This document shows, one piece after another, positions 43,894 through 54,900 of a stretch of DNA of 64,000 bases (position 1 is its first letter; each line of letters starts with the position of its first letter). The DNA is taken from the IMG/VR virus record IMGVR_UViG_3300042346_001601. The stretch is one strand, 5' to 3'. Under the pieces are notes generated by a model. The model saw nothing but the letters and a program-made list of their open reading frames with translations. It had not been told where the DNA came from and ran no database searches. Made by a program: the position numbers and the translations under genes. Source of the stretch: a virus. Taxonomy: Duplodnaviria > Heunggongvirae > Uroviricota > Caudoviricetes.

Positions 43894-46419
43894 TTATAAA
43901 GTTCCTAATCCCCTATCGGGTCTGGGCCTAGGGGATCCGCCGCTCGAAGGAGGAAAGGCAGGAGATGCGCTGCCGCTATCCTGCCCGCTTTGATTGGTGG
44001 TACTACCTCCTCCGGAGGCTGGACCTCCGTTTGTTCTACCCCCTCCTGTATTGCCATATTCATTCAGCAGGGCCAGATCAAAATTGTTGAAAATACCGGT
44101 GACCGCATCAGTAAAGATCTGTTTTGTAATGCCAGAGTAAATTTGGAATCCAGCTGCTCCGGGGTTGAGGAAATAATCAATAATTTCTGCCGTGGTCCAG
44201 CCAAGAGAGATCTTACCCTGAACATCAGAAGCAATAGCCGATTTAAAAGCTGCCAGGCCCAAGACAGAAAGCGAATTAGCGGAACCAGTGGTGTTTTGCC
44301 CTCCTGTGTTAGAAGAAGTTGCTGTGCTTGAATCGGTCCCTGCCGCAGGGGCAAAGTTTTGCCAAGAACTCTTGCTGTTCTGTACCACTGACGCACTCTC
44401 ATTTGGATTAGATCCCCCAATTGAAATCTGAGGGTTCTTTTGCAACAGAATAGAATCTTGAACAACATTTTGACCGGTGATACCTGGGGTTGGAAGTGGT
44501 TCACCATCCTTCAGCCAATTGCCATAGTACAGGACGGAAGCAGAATTAGCAGAAATCCTGGCGGTACCTAGATTTGTGTTGGCATTCACAACCTCAGTTG
44601 CTGCCAGTTGAATATCGGAAATAGAATTGCCTAGGGCAAGAGATTTTTTGGCCAACTTGTTTTTAATACCTGTCAATTTTGGAACTGCGTTTTGACCTAG
44701 CACAGTGTTGGTTTCAGCTTGAATGGGCTGATTTGAGATGTAAAATCTTCGATTGCTGAAAGTTAAAACCTGAGTTGCCAGACTTTGATCCAACTTAAAT
44801 GCCAACTCACCTCTGGCGGAATTGGCCAGATTTTTGTCTGAGATGGAAGGAGCAAAAAGTTTATTGTTCTGGTTGTCTATAAAAACAAGTTTAAAAGTGC
44901 CCGAGGAGGTGAGATCAATTAGATCAGTTGTGCCATCGGGATTTTTCTTGAAAAAAGTGAATTTGTAGTAGTTGTCAAAAGGCAGGATGGTAACGTAGGC
45001 CTGTCCTAAACCATAGGCTAGACCGTCAGTGGCACCAGCATCTGCCTGTGTGATGATGTTTCCCTTAACCACCAGATTTGTCAGAGTGGTGTTAACCAGA
45101 TTCCTTTCAAAAAACACATTCTGATATTTAATGATCTCTTGGGGTGCAATAGTATTTGCAGGAACAGCAATATTAGATTGGGTGGCTAGTTTATTGTAGA
45201 TCTTTTGAGTTTGAGGATAGATCGAAAGTTGAAGGGGAGCAATATAGGTTCCGTATTTGGCAGGATCGTTAGAAGTGTAGGTTGCTATTCTGACTAGTCT
45301 CGTTTGATTTAGACTGTTGACCAGGGTCATGGTGTATCTAAGGGTAAAACTGGAAGCAAGGGCTGAGTTTCTGACAATGGGTCTGTAAAGGAGAGGTAGG
45401 TCGTAGGCAGTTGTCTGAAGGGTTGAAAAATTGTCGGTTATCAGAAGAGCAGCTCCAATTTGTTCAATGGTCTCAATCTTGTGATCGATGTAGTATTGAT
45501 TGCCAATAGAATTTTGAAAGAGAATAAAATTTTCAATGAAGCCTCCATCGTCGGTGGCAAAATACTCGAAGAAATCCCCCGTGTCGGCTGGAGCAATATA
45601 GGCACCCACATTTTTAAACGGGTCTTCAGTTTCAAGAGACAAAGTTGCATAAAGGTTTGAACCAAGTTTATTGTATCCGTTGACCTGGGTTGTGTCTAAA
45701 ATTTGCCACACGTTGATTCTCATTGGGGCTCCATTGACATATCCCTGGCCGTTTTTACTGGTTTTTCCTGCCAAAGTGTTGGGTTTATTCTGGGCAGAGG
45801 CGACGGAAAACTGATTGTTCATATCCACAAAAGAGGGGATCTTGATCTCAAAGTACTTGTTGTAAATATTCGAACCGATAGTTAAAGGAACTGGGTTGAA
45901 AGTGTAGTTTTGTGCATTACCCGAGCTCAGTTGAACCTGAGAGAAAGTGACATAGCTACCATCTTGACCTAGATATGCAATACTTAGCACCAGACCATCG
46001 ATGTTTTCTAGATTGTAACCCTGGAGAATGTGGTACCTCACAGAGTCATAAACAACCGAGATGTCCGAAGGAAAAACTATAGGCAGGTCGGCAGTAGGTG
46101 TTAATTTAGGGTTGAAGTCGTTGTAAGGAACAATCAAATTGGGATTCAGAGAAATAAAAGAATTTTCCGATACTTGAACAACACTGTCTAAAGATGTATT
46201 CTGGGTCACGCTATAGTTTTCATCCCAGTTGTAAATCTGAACATCGTTCATGGGTGATCCCTTGTACTCCAAAATACCGTTAATTAACTTGTTGAAAGAA
46301 ACTGTCGGGTTACCACTGTTAACATTGTAGGTTTCCGGATTAGGTTGGTCAGCATACATGTATTCCAGCACCAAATAAGGGGTGAGCTGAACGTACTTAG
46401 AAGTTGTGGTAAAGGCCAT
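43894..46419 (-). CDS. large putative structural protein
   Basis: 841 aa, beta-rich, Gly/Ser/Thr-rich tail; ATG 46419 (MAFTTTSKY) after a GATAAATA variant box. Confidence 0.65.
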   Translation of the reverse strand: MAFTTTSKYVQLTPYLVLEYMYADQPNPETYNVNSGNPTVSFNKLINGILEYKGSPMNDVQIYNWDENYSVTQNTSLDSVVQVSENSFISLNPNLIVPYNDFNPKLTPTADLPIVFPSDISVVYDSVRYHILQGYNLENIDGLVLSIAYLGQDGSYVTFSQVQLSSGNAQNYTFNPVPLTIGSNIYNKYFEIKIPSFVDMNNQFSVASAQNKPNTLAGKTSKNGQGYVNGAPMRINVWQILDTTQVNGYNKLGSNLYATLSLETEDPFKNVGAYIAPADTGDFFEYFATDDGGFIENFILFQNSIGNQYYIDHKIETIEQIGAALLITDNFSTLQTTAYDLPLLYRPIVRNSALASSFTLRYTMTLVNSLNQTRLVRIATYTSNDPAKYGTYIAPLQLSIYPQTQKIYNKLATQSNIAVPANTIAPQEIIKYQNVFFERNLVNTTLTNLVVKGNIITQADAGATDGLAYGLGQAYVTILPFDNYYKFTFFKKNPDGTTDLIDLTSSGTFKLVFIDNQNNKLFAPSISDKNLANSARGELAFKLDQSLATQVLTFSNRRFYISNQPIQAETNTVLGQNAVPKLTGIKNKLAKKSLALGNSISDIQLAATEVVNANTNLGTARISANSASVLYYGNWLKDGEPLPTPGITGQNVVQDSILLQKNPQISIGGSNPNESASVVQNSKSSWQNFAPAAGTDSSTATSSNTGGQNTTGSANSLSVLGLAAFKSAIASDVQGKISLGWTTAEIIDYFLNPGAAGFQIYSGITKQIFTDAVTGIFNNFDLALLNEYGNTGGGRTNGGPASGGGSTTNQSGQDSGSASPAFPPSSGGSPRPRPDRGLGTL

Positions 46420-46433
46420 GTAGATTATTATAT

Positions 46434-47261
46434 TTATCTCCCGAATTGGAGGAAGGTTGGGGTGTAGGTCAGTCCGACAGTGATACCTGGGCCCATGATA
46501 TAACCGCTTCTTCCTGCTGCTATCGACCAACCAAAATTTATCCCCACCCCAAACTTTTTTCTGGCTTTTTTGAGAGCTTGACGAGTAGCAGAATCGTCAA
46601 TCATCTCCAGAGCTTGTAGATCGGAGAAACTGATTCCCGGAAAATCTGTGGTTGCCCTGACATAAACTCTTCCTGTTTTTGGATCAGTATAAAGACCAGT
46701 GACTAGATCAATTTTTTGCTCAAAATTCAAAACAACGGGCTGAGAAACAAGTCTGAAATTCAGTTGATATGAACCATCCGGGTTAAGGACTGAATCTGTC
46801 ACTATGCGATAAGGGATTTGTCCTGTGAGGGAGAGAAAGTTATTACCAGGTAATTTCGGTTGGTGTTTGAAGACTAGCTGTTTTGTGCTGTCTCTGATAA
46901 TTGTTGAAGTGGGTACCGAAATTCCGGTATCTCTGTAAACTACTTCCGTTTGAATAATAACGCTTGGCTTTTTATTATTCGCCAGCTCTAGTCTGTCTAT
47001 CAGATCTTTATTATCCTGAGATAATTCATCGTATTTCAGTTTGAGAGCAGATTTTTCTGCCAGCACACTCCCGAAAGAAGAGCTGAGAATACGAACCGAA
47101 TCTTGCTTCGCTAAATAATTATTGTAGTTTCGGGCAGCTTCTTGTTCTGCTTCTTGGGTCAATTCGTATTGTCTCAGCAAAAAAAGACCTGCTAGAAGAA
47201 GCAAAATGAAGAAAAATAAAGATACAACGACTGTGTTAGATCCGGATTCTATTTTATTCAC
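46434..47261 (-). CDS. membrane-anchored coiled-coil protein
   Basis: N-terminal TM helix, coiled coil, C-terminal Gly/aromatic beta-strands (FGVGINFGW...GPGITVGLTY). Confidence 0.65.
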   Translation of the reverse strand: MNKIESGSNTVVVSLFFFILLLLAGLFLLRQYELTQEAEQEAARNYNNYLAKQDSVRILSSSFGSVLAEKSALKLKYDELSQDNKDLIDRLELANNKKPSVIIQTEVVYRDTGISVPTSTIIRDSTKQLVFKHQPKLPGNNFLSLTGQIPYRIVTDSVLNPDGSYQLNFRLVSQPVVLNFEQKIDLVTGLYTDPKTGRVYVRATTDFPGISFSDLQALEMIDDSATRQALKKARKKFGVGINFGWSIAAGRSGYIMGPGITVGLTYTPTFLQFGR

Positions 47262-47499
47262 GGTGATAGATTAATTTGAAGGGTTCCAAAGCACCCGATC
47301 CATATTTATCGGACAATCTGGTCATAAAAGCTTTTTCTGAATTTCTTAAATTTTCAAGTTTGGTCAGGAGATGACCCGCCTCTGTTTGAAGATTCTTGAT
47401 TTTACCATCCACAATAGAGATGTCTTCTAACACTCTAGAGAATTGTATTTTTAGATCTTCTGCCGAGATCATTTCATCTTGGGTCAAAGGGGTTTGCAT
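47254..47499 (-). CDS. small coiled-coil protein
   Basis: heptad pattern; GAATATATA box 21 nt upstream. Confidence 0.6.
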   Translation of the reverse strand: MQTPLTQDEMISAEDLKIQFSRVLEDISIVDGKIKNLQTEAGHLLTKLENLRNSEKAFMTRLSDKYGSGALEPFKLIYHRE

Positions 47500-47555
47500 A
47501 AAAAAAATTTAAATCCTCTGTATATATTCGGTCCAGAAAAAAACGAACTACGGGG

Positions 47556-48269
47556 TCAGTAATTCTGGATCTGAATAAATTCTAGTTCGGTTAGACTTAA
47601 AAAATCAGAAACTGTCATGAAATTGATCAGAAGATTTTTTTCAGAATTTGCTATCCTTTTGATGATTTTATCGTGTAAATCAACTTCAGAAAAATCAATC
47701 ATAACCAGATGTTCACCAAATAAGAGGGAAGTTTTTTGTGCAGTTCGGGGGGAATCTCTATAATCAAAAACTTGAATTGTGTCCCCTATCTTTTTTTCCA
47801 TTCTGCTTATTTTTACATATTTATGGGAATATTTTCCCTGCAGGGGCGGGCTAATTCTGGGAAAATTCCATTCAGAAGCTGGTGTGTTTTGATTGTGTTC
47901 AACTAGATCGGATTTGGTTGGTAAAAGACAGGCAACATTGAGATGTGAAACAGTGATATCCACGAGAAGACAGTGTCTATTTAGAGCTAGATTGTAAAGC
48001 TTGTGGAGATCTGCAGAAATTCGTGACCAATCCGCGATATTAAAATCACAGGCCAAACCCAAATCAAGATCCCACGTCTGAAAATTTTTCCACAGGAAAT
48101 GCCCGTAAATATAGACGTTTTGATATTTAGAAAAAATTTGCTGACAATCAGGATCTAATAAAAATTCTCTAGCGGATGCGTAAGTTAGCATGGGCCAAGG
48201 CCAAGTGGTGATTACCTCCCCTATTTGATACCTGAATTCCTTTCCTTCTTCGTAAAAAATTTTTTCCAC
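47556..48269 (-). CDS. putative Pol-beta-like nucleotidyltransferase
   Basis: VYIYGHF...TWDLDL and LLVDI acidic pattern. Confidence 0.45.
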   Translation of the reverse strand: MEKIFYEEGKEFRYQIGEVITTWPWPMLTYASAREFLLDPDCQQIFSKYQNVYIYGHFLWKNFQTWDLDLGLACDFNIADWSRISADLHKLYNLALNRHCLLVDITVSHLNVACLLPTKSDLVEHNQNTPASEWNFPRISPPLQGKYSHKYVKISRMEKKIGDTIQVFDYRDSPRTAQKTSLLFGEHLVMIDFSEVDLHDKIIKRIANSEKNLLINFMTVSDFLSLTELEFIQIQNY

Positions 48270-48278
48270 AACAAAAAA

Positions 48279-50387
48279 TTAGCTACCAATTCCGCCCCCT
48301 CCAGAAACTGGATTGGTATAAACATAAGGGATATAACCGCATCTATTGGCAGTGCCCGAATAGTTAAACTGATAAAAGATAGACTCGTTGTTTATAAAAA
48401 TTAATCTAATATGGTAGCATCTGAAAGATGAATTACTAATAGATACAGAGGAACTTCCACCTGCATAAACAGTTCTAATGCCACCAAAAGATATGTAGCC
48501 AGACGGCCAAATTCCCGACTCATCCTCTAGAAAAATGTCGAAAATTCTCCTTGATGTATTAGAAAAAGAAATACCCATACCAGGATTTACAGGATCAACT
48601 GTTGTAATATTTTGAAACCCACTTAACTGTAAATAAATGGAATAGTATTCTCCGTTTGCGGTGGGAGTGTTTGCATCTGGAGTTAACAAGTATGCGTAAT
48701 AAGCCTTAATACAAATAACATCAGAATTATTACCATTTATTTCTAATGAAGCATAATTATTCAAAAATCCATTAGCAGAAAATTGGCTTCCGCTTCTTCC
48801 ATTCAGACTATATGAATCAACAACATCTATTTTCTTCACTAGGCAGCCAGAAGCGGAACCAGAGGGGCCAGTTTCACCAATCATCGTTAGATTGTTGCTT
48901 CTACTTTCTAAAATTCTATACCCCGCAGGATTTCTAAAAGTATAAATAGGGGTTCCGGTCGAAGAACCTAAAATTTGAATATTCAATCCCTGATTTCCCG
49001 AGACGTCGATCAAGGTGCTGGCATCTGCGGTCAGACCGGATGAATCGGCCAGATTCTGATACGACAAACTGTTACTAGTCAGTATCTTGTTAGCAGAATT
49101 CATCAAAATCGTAGAGGGTGTAGCCAGGGTCAAGCTGCCAGTGGCTCCCGTAGAAGATTCAAAAGTGATTTGATTTTGAGAAGTCAGTTGCACAAAAGTA
49201 TTGCCGGCTAGTATCACAGATTCCCCAGATCCCCCGGTAGCAGAAAAACTACCAGTAGTTCCTAATAAAATTCTAGTTTCTCCCGGATTGCTAAAAGTGA
49301 TATCATAAGATTCTGCAGTTGGAACAGTCCAATTAAAAGATGGAATGGAGACAGATCCTACAAAGGTTTTATCGAACCCTAAAATCGGATATTGAACAGT
49401 TCCAATGTCATTTAATGTAAAAGTTCTTACTGGCCTCACCAGTCTGGAATTTGATTTATTTGAAAATCCTGAGACACCAAAATTTAAAACACTAGCCAGT
49501 CCGGGGTTTAACTGTGTACTTGTCCAAAAAGTACCAGCAAAAGAAGCAGGGTCTAAAGGCTGTAGTTCTTGATACATTAAAAACATTTCATCGTAACTAG
49601 GAAGATACCAGTCGGAAAATCCATTAAGAGAAAGATCTGCACAGACGCTGGCGGCAATAGGTCTAGTAGCACACCCAAATAAAATCAAATTTGTATTTGC
49701 TGCTCCTGTACCTAAGGCTGAAGATGTACCAGAAATATTAGTTCCAGCGCATCCCCAAGCATAAGTAGTATTCAGGTTGTTTGGCGCACAGACCAAACCC
49801 CCATTACCAGCAGGATTAACATAAAAAACAACCCCTCCTGCCAAAAAAGAACCAACTTTTATATTAACCACAGGAGCCGTACTTACCATTAGTTTCGAGA
49901 GGTTCGGATTGACATTGGAGGTAGTTCCAACAGCATCAGAAATAACTAGGCTGTAATCAGAGGCCGAAGGTCCTGGGAAGACAATGCTATTATGAGTTGT
50001 GCTTCCACCTGGTCCCGATACTCCGGTGATTGCTTCAAATTCAGAGTCCTGCAGAATACTTTCTCCAGTATCAACCCAATTGGTGCCATCATAGAAATAG
50101 ACACTTTGAAATCCAGTGATCCCAATATTAACCCAGATGTCATCAGTTGAAGATTCTGTGGATAATGGGGGCTCAGGAGAAAAAAACCACCTTGCTGCAG
50201 GCGAACCTGTCGCTCCAGGTAAACCGTCTAATCCCACAGGTCCAATCATACCCGTGGGTCCAAATTCTCCCAACGGTCCTGGACTTCCTATCGCATTAAA
50301 ATAGATTTGGGCAAAATTAGAATTAATCTTGGACAGGATTTCGTTCTTGTCGTCCCCTGGAAAAATGTATTTTGAATTGAAAGACAT
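48279..50387 (-). CDS. tail-fibre-like protein with collagen-like repeats and an inserted Lcl/DUF1566-like domain
   Basis: GSPGPLGEFGPTG G-x-x repeats; GGVVFYV...GTGAANT...NGFSDWYLPS.DE...FWTST...VRPVR. Confidence 0.7.
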   Translation of the reverse strand: MSFNSKYIFPGDDKNEILSKINSNFAQIYFNAIGSPGPLGEFGPTGMIGPVGLDGLPGATGSPAARWFFSPEPPLSTESSTDDIWVNIGITGFQSVYFYDGTNWVDTGESILQDSEFEAITGVSGPGGSTTHNSIVFPGPSASDYSLVISDAVGTTSNVNPNLSKLMVSTAPVVNIKVGSFLAGGVVFYVNPAGNGGLVCAPNNLNTTYAWGCAGTNISGTSSALGTGAANTNLILFGCATRPIAASVCADLSLNGFSDWYLPSYDEMFLMYQELQPLDPASFAGTFWTSTQLNPGLASVLNFGVSGFSNKSNSRLVRPVRTFTLNDIGTVQYPILGFDKTFVGSVSIPSFNWTVPTAESYDITFSNPGETRILLGTTGSFSATGGSGESVILAGNTFVQLTSQNQITFESSTGATGSLTLATPSTILMNSANKILTSNSLSYQNLADSSGLTADASTLIDVSGNQGLNIQILGSSTGTPIYTFRNPAGYRILESRSNNLTMIGETGPSGSASGCLVKKIDVVDSYSLNGRSGSQFSANGFLNNYASLEINGNNSDVICIKAYYAYLLTPDANTPTANGEYYSIYLQLSGFQNITTVDPVNPGMGISFSNTSRRIFDIFLEDESGIWPSGYISFGGIRTVYAGGSSSVSISNSSFRCYHIRLIFINNESIFYQFNYSGTANRCGYIPYVYTNPVSGGGGIGS

Positions 50388-50388
50388 G

Positions 50389-51873
50389 TTATGCTAATTT
50401 ACCGCAGAGTCCACCACAGGTTGAATAATAAACTTGATAATCAGTATCGGAAGAGAGCCTAATGATGGTGAAATCGACAAAACTTTGACCACTGGCAAAA
50501 GTAGCCGCCGTGTTAGAACCCGCATTAATGGTTCCTGAGCCTGTCCACAAAGCAACACTTTTGACCAAATTGTTCGAGTTTGTACTAATAACTCTTAATT
50601 GGATAGATTCATAATTTCCTAGATACTGAGTCCAGCTATTAGAGACGGTACCCCCGACAGGAAGGGCTAGTCCCTTATCTGAAGGAGAGGAAGAAGTATC
50701 GAAAAGAAGAAGGTTTCCAGTCTGGATAATATTTGTTCCCAAATACCAATAATAGTAAGTTGTGGCGGAGATAGTCGCAGAATTATCATAGGTAGAGGAA
50801 AGAGATCTAAAAGCAGATCCTAATTGAGACACGAAAATCTTTCCATCCGCCCTAACTGAGAATTTACTGGATCCCCCTGAGGCAAAATTGGCCAAAAACT
50901 GACTAGTGCTGGTCGATGTTCCTGATAACAAGAGACCTGATCCTGAACCGGAGTTGTTAAAAGTCATGGCATAGCCACTTGCACTGGAGGTCAAACTCAG
51001 AGGCACAGATAAACTCAAAGAGGATGATGAAAGATTGTAGTTCTGAGAACTGAAATTCATCGGCTGGGAACCTGATGAAAAATTCATGACCGAGGCCGAG
51101 GTAACAGTCATAGTTGCAGCCGAGGTTAAAGACAAAGTATTGGCTGAAGAAAACTGAAGGGAAGAGGCGGAGCTTTGAACTAGCATCGAGCCTCCTGCTC
51201 TGAATTCCATGCTGTCTTGAGGAACAGTAAACAGCAAATTATAGTTGGAAGAGCTGGGGTTTAACCACCTAAATTGTGGGTGTCTGTTGTAGTCCTGTGG
51301 TGTACCAGCTCCAGTGGCGTTGGTTTTCGAAAATTCCAGGAGAGGGTAATCAGAGGACGAGTTGGTTGAGATCAGAAGTTTCGCATAGGTGGGATTGGTG
51401 GTTTGGGGCACCGACACCGCATCGCTTAAAACTAGGGTGTTTAAATTAGGAAAAGGGGAGTTGAAAACGACCGCATTCTTAGAACCACTCGGGCCTGAAA
51501 TTCCGACTAAAGTAGTAAAGACCTCCGTGGATTGAAGATCGAACCCTGTATCTGTCCATCCTGCTGCAGTGTACTCAAAAATAGAATTCTGATTGAAAGT
51601 GTCTACCCAATAATCACCTTCAATTACGGGATCGGAAGTTCCACCCGCCGGAAACGAGGGTTGAACATACCAACGAGTTCCCCTCAGTCCTTGCTGACCA
51701 GGATCACCCTGAGGTCCCTGAGGACCTACTGGACCTTGAGGTCCAATCTCTCCTTGCAGACCTTGGGGTCCACCTCCATTTTGGATCAAGGACTCAAAGT
51801 TTGCATTAACCTTGTTCCTGATATCTTCTTGGGAATCCCCCAGATTTAGATTAAGAATGTTCAAAGTAGGCAT
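50389..51873 (-). CDS. tail-fibre-like protein with collagen-like repeats (paralog of 48279..50387)
   Basis: GPQGLQGEIGPQG repeats; shared N-terminal GDSQEDIRNKVNANF and downstream blocks. Confidence 0.7.
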   Translation of the reverse strand: MPTLNILNLNLGDSQEDIRNKVNANFESLIQNGGGPQGLQGEIGPQGPVGPQGPQGDPGQQGLRGTRWYVQPSFPAGGTSDPVIEGDYWVDTFNQNSIFEYTAAGWTDTGFDLQSTEVFTTLVGISGPSGSKNAVVFNSPFPNLNTLVLSDAVSVPQTTNPTYAKLLISTNSSSDYPLLEFSKTNATGAGTPQDYNRHPQFRWLNPSSSNYNLLFTVPQDSMEFRAGGSMLVQSSASSLQFSSANTLSLTSAATMTVTSASVMNFSSGSQPMNFSSQNYNLSSSSLSLSVPLSLTSSASGYAMTFNNSGSGSGLLLSGTSTSTSQFLANFASGGSSKFSVRADGKIFVSQLGSAFRSLSSTYDNSATISATTYYYWYLGTNIIQTGNLLLFDTSSSPSDKGLALPVGGTVSNSWTQYLGNYESIQLRVISTNSNNLVKSVALWTGSGTINAGSNTAATFASGQSFVDFTIIRLSSDTDYQVYYSTCGGLCGKLA

Positions 51874-51913
51874 GGGAAGAATGTCTTTCTGTATATATTC
51901 AGACTCTTAAAAA

Positions 51914-54900
51914 TTAAATTTTCTGGATTCTGAAGGAGAAAGTCAAGGAATAATTTTGACCGACCGTTAGAGGATATTCGAAAGAGTAAATCAAATCGGT
52001 GATTTTAGTTAATCTGTAGTTATTTTGTTGATAGTAACCATATCTGATCCGATCTGGATTAATAAGATCTCCTCTTACCAATAATTCAGTTGTTGTTAAC
52101 GCCTCTCCTGTCTTCTTGACAAACAGATCAAAAGTAATCCCTTCGTAGATAGGAACTATATTCTGGTCAATGTAGGTGTTGATATCGTCGTAGATGCTGT
52201 TGGGATTCCCCAATCCAAACTCGCTCACCATGTTGTCGACGAAAACCTGGCTAACCCCGGAATTTAACAGATACCTTCTTAAGATCCTATCCAATCTGAT
52301 AGAACCGATGACGGTGTTGGAAATTTCGTTCCTTTGCCAGAAGATTTCCACTTGGGGGAAGATGTCTTGATCGAAAACGGGTAAATCAACATTACTGAGA
52401 TAATTTCCTAATTGTCCTACCCCAGTGTTAGAAGTGGAGGGGTTTAAATTTTGAATGGCAGGAACCGCGGCAACCGCCTGAGTGTTAATCGCATCGACAT
52501 TGGTGTTGCCTGATGTTCTCACCAGTTCTAGAGTGATGAAAGTGTAGATGGTAACAGTGTAGGGGGTCTGCATCATCTTTGAACCCAGAAAACTTTTGTT
52601 CTCCTTCATCGATCTAGTTCCGGCAACTGGATTCTGGGTTGTAGCCGAGGTCCAAAGATTGTAGTAGCCAGGATCCCAGCTGGAAAGGAAGACTGAGAAA
52701 TTCTTGTAGGAAATTGGTGATTGACCCACTAAAGGAAACACCGGTCCTTGTGGCAAATTCTGAGAAGCCTGAAGAATATTTTGATCCAGAGAGACTTTAG
52801 AAAAAGCCAGATTTTCTATGAGACCAAATCCTTCTTGCTCGGGGGCAAAGGTACAGTTTCTGAAAGTAATGTCTGCCCCTGGGTTGCCGGAGATTGAATC
52901 CGTTTTATCACCCTTGAATCTGAGCACCTTCTTAAACAAAGGTTCGTATGCGCCTCCATACCTTAAAATATCACTGGCCAGCTCGGAACCACCGTTTTCA
53001 ATCTGATAACTGGTAACAACACTAGTGCCTAGAGTTTGAGGCCCTTCGTAGCTCTTGACTGGATATAAGCCAGTTGGTTTATAGAGAGCAGTTGGCTCAG
53101 TAAAAGAAACTTGAAAAGAATTCTGAGAAACCAGGGTACTTTCAGCAATCGGATCCCAATCGTAAGTAGTATAACTAATATAGGGGCTTTCGTTATTAAC
53201 ACGCAAATAAATTTGGGATAGGGAAATTCTTTTTAGAATAAAGTCGAAATAATCTTCTCCCCCGTCTACTTGAAAAACTGGATAATTAGCGTAGGCTGAT
53301 CTTGGTCCTACTGGGATTGTAACTGGCGAGGAGAACGCAAAGGGAATTTGGAATTCATAGGCTCCTGGCTCGATAGCTTGAAAATCAACTAAATTTTGGG
53401 ATCTTCCAACTGGCCAGGGGTAAGTGTAAGACTGACTGGGGACGTAGAAACTACCAGGTCCGGTATCGGAGACGGACCCGGTAGATCCTATTGGGTAAAA
53501 CAAATTGATCTCTTCTCTTAAATCGGTGTCAAAATCTGGATTTTCAATGGTGAAGATTTTTCCAGAATTAGAAAATAGAGTAACTGAACTGTCTGAAGTA
53601 GTGGAGAGATTCAAGGCCGCAGACAACTTGATATCAGCAATATCGTAGAGAGGTGATCCAGTAGGACCCGTAGCTCCTGTTGTTCCAACGTCCGTGGCCT
53701 CTTTCTTGTCACTCATGCAATACATCAGCAGATAATCCAGGTAGGGTGTTCCTCCAGTTCCTCCAGTCGACCCCAAAGGTAAAGCTCTGTAATCTTTAAT
53801 GACGACGTACACTACCAAGAGGACACATTTTTGTTGCACGTTTTCAATAAACTCATACCTAACTGGACTTTGGATTTCAGAATCATCCTCCGGCACAACT
53901 TTGAGGATGGCAGAGAAATTGTAATTTTCATACCCTCTGTAGTTGATAATGTATTTTTCAAGCTCTGATTTGGGGTTCGTAACACTGCTTCTTTTCTTCA
54001 GTACTATCTTTACTCCCCTAAAGACCGTTTCATAAAAACCGGTGGCATAATTGAAATTGAGGTTGCTAAAGTATTCGTACCCCTGATATTTCAGGCTGTA
54101 GTAGGGAGCTGGATAATCTGCGGTTGAGACAGTAAAGAATGAATTAAAGTACAGGGCGTAATTAGGATTGCCACTACGCAATTTCTGAAAATCAACCTCG
54201 CCCGGCAGATAACTTTTCTGTTTTGAAATATCATCAATTGGGAACTGAGGAGGAACCCCCTGAAGAATCAACCACTCGTGGGTCAGATATCGAGGATCTG
54301 GGCTTTCTTTCTGAAAACTAGGGGAAAAATTGGTGGGGCTGAATGCAGGAGAAGAATTCAGTCTGTAAACATTGCCCCTGGCGTCGGTGCCACCTAAGAA
54401 TCCCCATTTGTTCACGAAAGGCACTATTCTAGAAAAATTGGCCCGGGTCTGGGTGAAGTTTTCCCAGAGATACTGGTATTCTGTTTCAAGCTTACCATAT
54501 TCAAATAACTCTGCCTTTTCAAGAGGATTTGGGATCGGCATTTCGTTAGAGATGGATTGAATTCCGTAAAAACCCTCAAACGAGTTCAGATTTTGCTCGG
54601 GGACAATTGTTGTAGGGTAGGGGGTCTGAGGGTCTACCCAACCAACCTGGCTGAAAACTGCTGGATACACGACAGAAAGAGTTCCAGTTTCAGAGAATAA
54701 TATATCCTGGAAATAGTTGACCGTAGTGCCAATAAAGGCAGAGCCTGGGCCTAAAATCCTCTCCGTGGGTGAACCTTTATCAACCAGTATTTCACCACTC
54801 CTTACGATGTATTTTACACCCTCTACGATTTGACCAGGTTGATCAGGAACAAGTTGGAAATATCGATGGAATTCAGGGGTTGGTGTTTCTCCGTATTTAG

